DNA of 64,000 bases from Rhodothermales bacterium (GTDB lineage Bacteria; Bacteroidota; Rhodothermia; Rhodothermales; VXPQ01), in contig JBBDTI010000064.1 of NCBI GenBank assembly GCA_040904565.1, positions 32,001 to 96,000 on the forward strand. The letters run 5' to 3'. Below, piece after piece: positions 62,643-64,000 of the stretch. Both the position numbers and the translations under genes were made by a program. The notes under the pieces were generated by a model, which saw nothing but the letters and a program-made list of their open reading frames with translations, was not told where the DNA came from and did not search any database. The number at the start of each line of letters is the position of its first letter. Within the stretch, counting starts at the first letter, position 1.

Positions 62643-64000
62643 GTGAATCATTCCAAGACCATAGCGATAGCAAGAGGCGTCCTGGCCGAAGGCCGTCTGT
62701 CGGACGCGGAGCGGATGATCGATCCGCTCCTCGACGATACGACGTCGGTCGACCCCGAGCCGGGACAGCTCATGCTCCGGTGTCTGAAGGCGCGTATCGC
62801 CCTGCTGCGCCGTGGTGACCATCGCACGGCCTACGAGCTGCTGCGGCCGTACGACGCCTCCGATCGCCGTGCATCGCTGGAATCCGGGCTCCGTGCGGAA
62901 ATAGCGCTCTGGCTGGGATGGGCCAGCGCCTGGCAGGAGGACGATCTGTACGACGACGCACGCGCTCTCAATCTGCTGGACGCCGCCGGGCAGGCGTTCG
63001 AAAAGGAGGTCAATCCATCGGGACAGTGCTGGGCGCTGCTCGGACAGGCGCAGGCCTATTTCACGATTGACGAACACGGGCTCATGGTACAGGCGCTTCG
63101 TGACGCCTCCATGCTGCTTCACAAGCTGGAGGATGTGTACGCCGAGGCATGGCTCCATCACCTCTCGGCGATCGGAGCACGCCTCGAAGGACGCTACCGA
63201 ACCGCCTCGAGTCATGCCGACGAGCTCGAACGGATCGCAGACGCGATGGGCGACGGCCTGGCGCTCGGACGCGCACTGGCTCACCGCGCCATCATCCAGT
63301 ACGAGTCGGGCAGGAAACCGGAAGAGATCTGCGAGACGGCCCTTCGCGCTGAACGATTGCTCGAGCGTGCGTCGACTCATGGTTCCCATGCGCTCCTCAT
63401 GGCGCTGCACGCCCGTACCGGCGCACTGATTCGCCAGGGACGATGGGACGAAGCGGAGAACGTTATAGTGGCCGGACTAAAATCGACGCGCGATGTGGGC
63501 TCTTCGCGCGAGATGTTAACCGTGCACCGTGCTCGCATCGCGATGCGCCGGGGAGACGACCCGGCCGCCCGCACGCTGCTGGAACAGGCTGCCGGACGAA
63601 TTCACCGGCGGCGACGCCTGCTGCATACTCTCGTCGAGCGGGAGCGTAGTTGCCGTGCCCTCTCTGCCGGACGCCCCGAGGAAGCACGACGACACGTCGA
63701 GCAGGCTCTGCATCACGCACGGGATGCCGATCACACCGGCTGTCACCTGCTCGCGCTCCTGCAGCAGGCCGAAGTGGAAATTGCCGCCGGCCGTGAAGGT
63801 CCGGCTCGCGAGGCAATGCGCCTGGCGGAGGAGCACACGGACTACTTCAGCCTGCTTCCCGTTGCCGCACGGCGATTTTTCGTACACGGTCTCCTGTCGG
63901 AGCTTCGCGAACGTCCGGAGGAGGCTCGAGCGGCGTTTGCGCAGGCGCTTTCCGCCTATTCATTGATCGGTGACGTGTACGCGGCGGCAAGGACGCAGGT
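62643..64000 (+). CDS. Large TPR-like helical-repeat protein, 5' part (runs off window end)
   Basis: Not in ORF track. Manual translation from GTG 62643 (VNHSKTIAIARGVLAEGRLSDAERMIDPLL...) is stop-free to 64000, with TPR-like units (QGRWDEAE, GRPEEARRHVEQAL, RPEEARAAFAQALSAYSLIGD). Confidence 0.82.
   Translation, partial: MNHSKTIAIARGVLAEGRLSDAERMIDPLLDDTTSVDPEPGQLMLRCLKARIALLRRGDHRTAYELLRPYDASDRRASLESGLRAEIALWLGWASAWQEDDLYDDARALNLLDAAGQAFEKEVNPSGQCWALLGQAQAYFTIDEHGLMVQALRDASMLLHKLEDVYAEAWLHHLSAIGARLEGRYRTASSHADELERIADAMGDGLALGRALAHRAIIQYESGRKPEEICETALRAERLLERASTHGSHALLMALHARTGALIRQGRWDEAENVIVAGLKSTRDVGSSREMLTVHRARIAMRRGDDPAARTLLEQAAGRIHRRRRLLHTLVERERSCRALSAGRPEEARRHVEQALHHARDADHTGCHLLALLQQAEVEIAAGREGPAREAMRLAEEHTDYFSLLPVAARRFFVHGLLSELRERPEEARAAFAQALSAYSLIGDVYAAARTQ

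Overview
A GC-rich, gene-dense stretch of core bacterial chromosome. Gene content and order suggest Rhodothermales/Rhodothermota (FCB group); this assignment is an inference. Recognisable genes include dxr (partial), rfbD, serS, pyrF, glgC, eno, ftsB, a ROK kinase, lptD, an LptF/G permease, sucC, cystathionine beta-synthase, a hybrid histidine kinase, lon, rsgA, topA, ppdK, two acyl-CoA dehydrogenases, hemW, an A-type Fe-S carrier and sufBCDSE plus a DUF59 gene. Two edge genes are missing from the ORF track: dxr and a large TPR-like protein at the right end. I saw no rRNA, tRNA, CRISPR array, prophage or IS element. The best leads are: (1) a likely operon at 20.8-26.2 kb with a structured 5' leader, a half-length glycogen-synthase-like protein with a degenerate motif, a DUF4270-like lipoprotein, a FadL-like barrel and a TPR protein, resembling a clustered BamH/BamG-type module; (2) a palindromic operator and a repeat-built leader upstream of suf; (3) several unrelated short intergenic tandem repeats; (4) two paralogous small membrane proteins with an S-x-TTSEL motif. 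All calls come from reading the sequence only; no searches were run.
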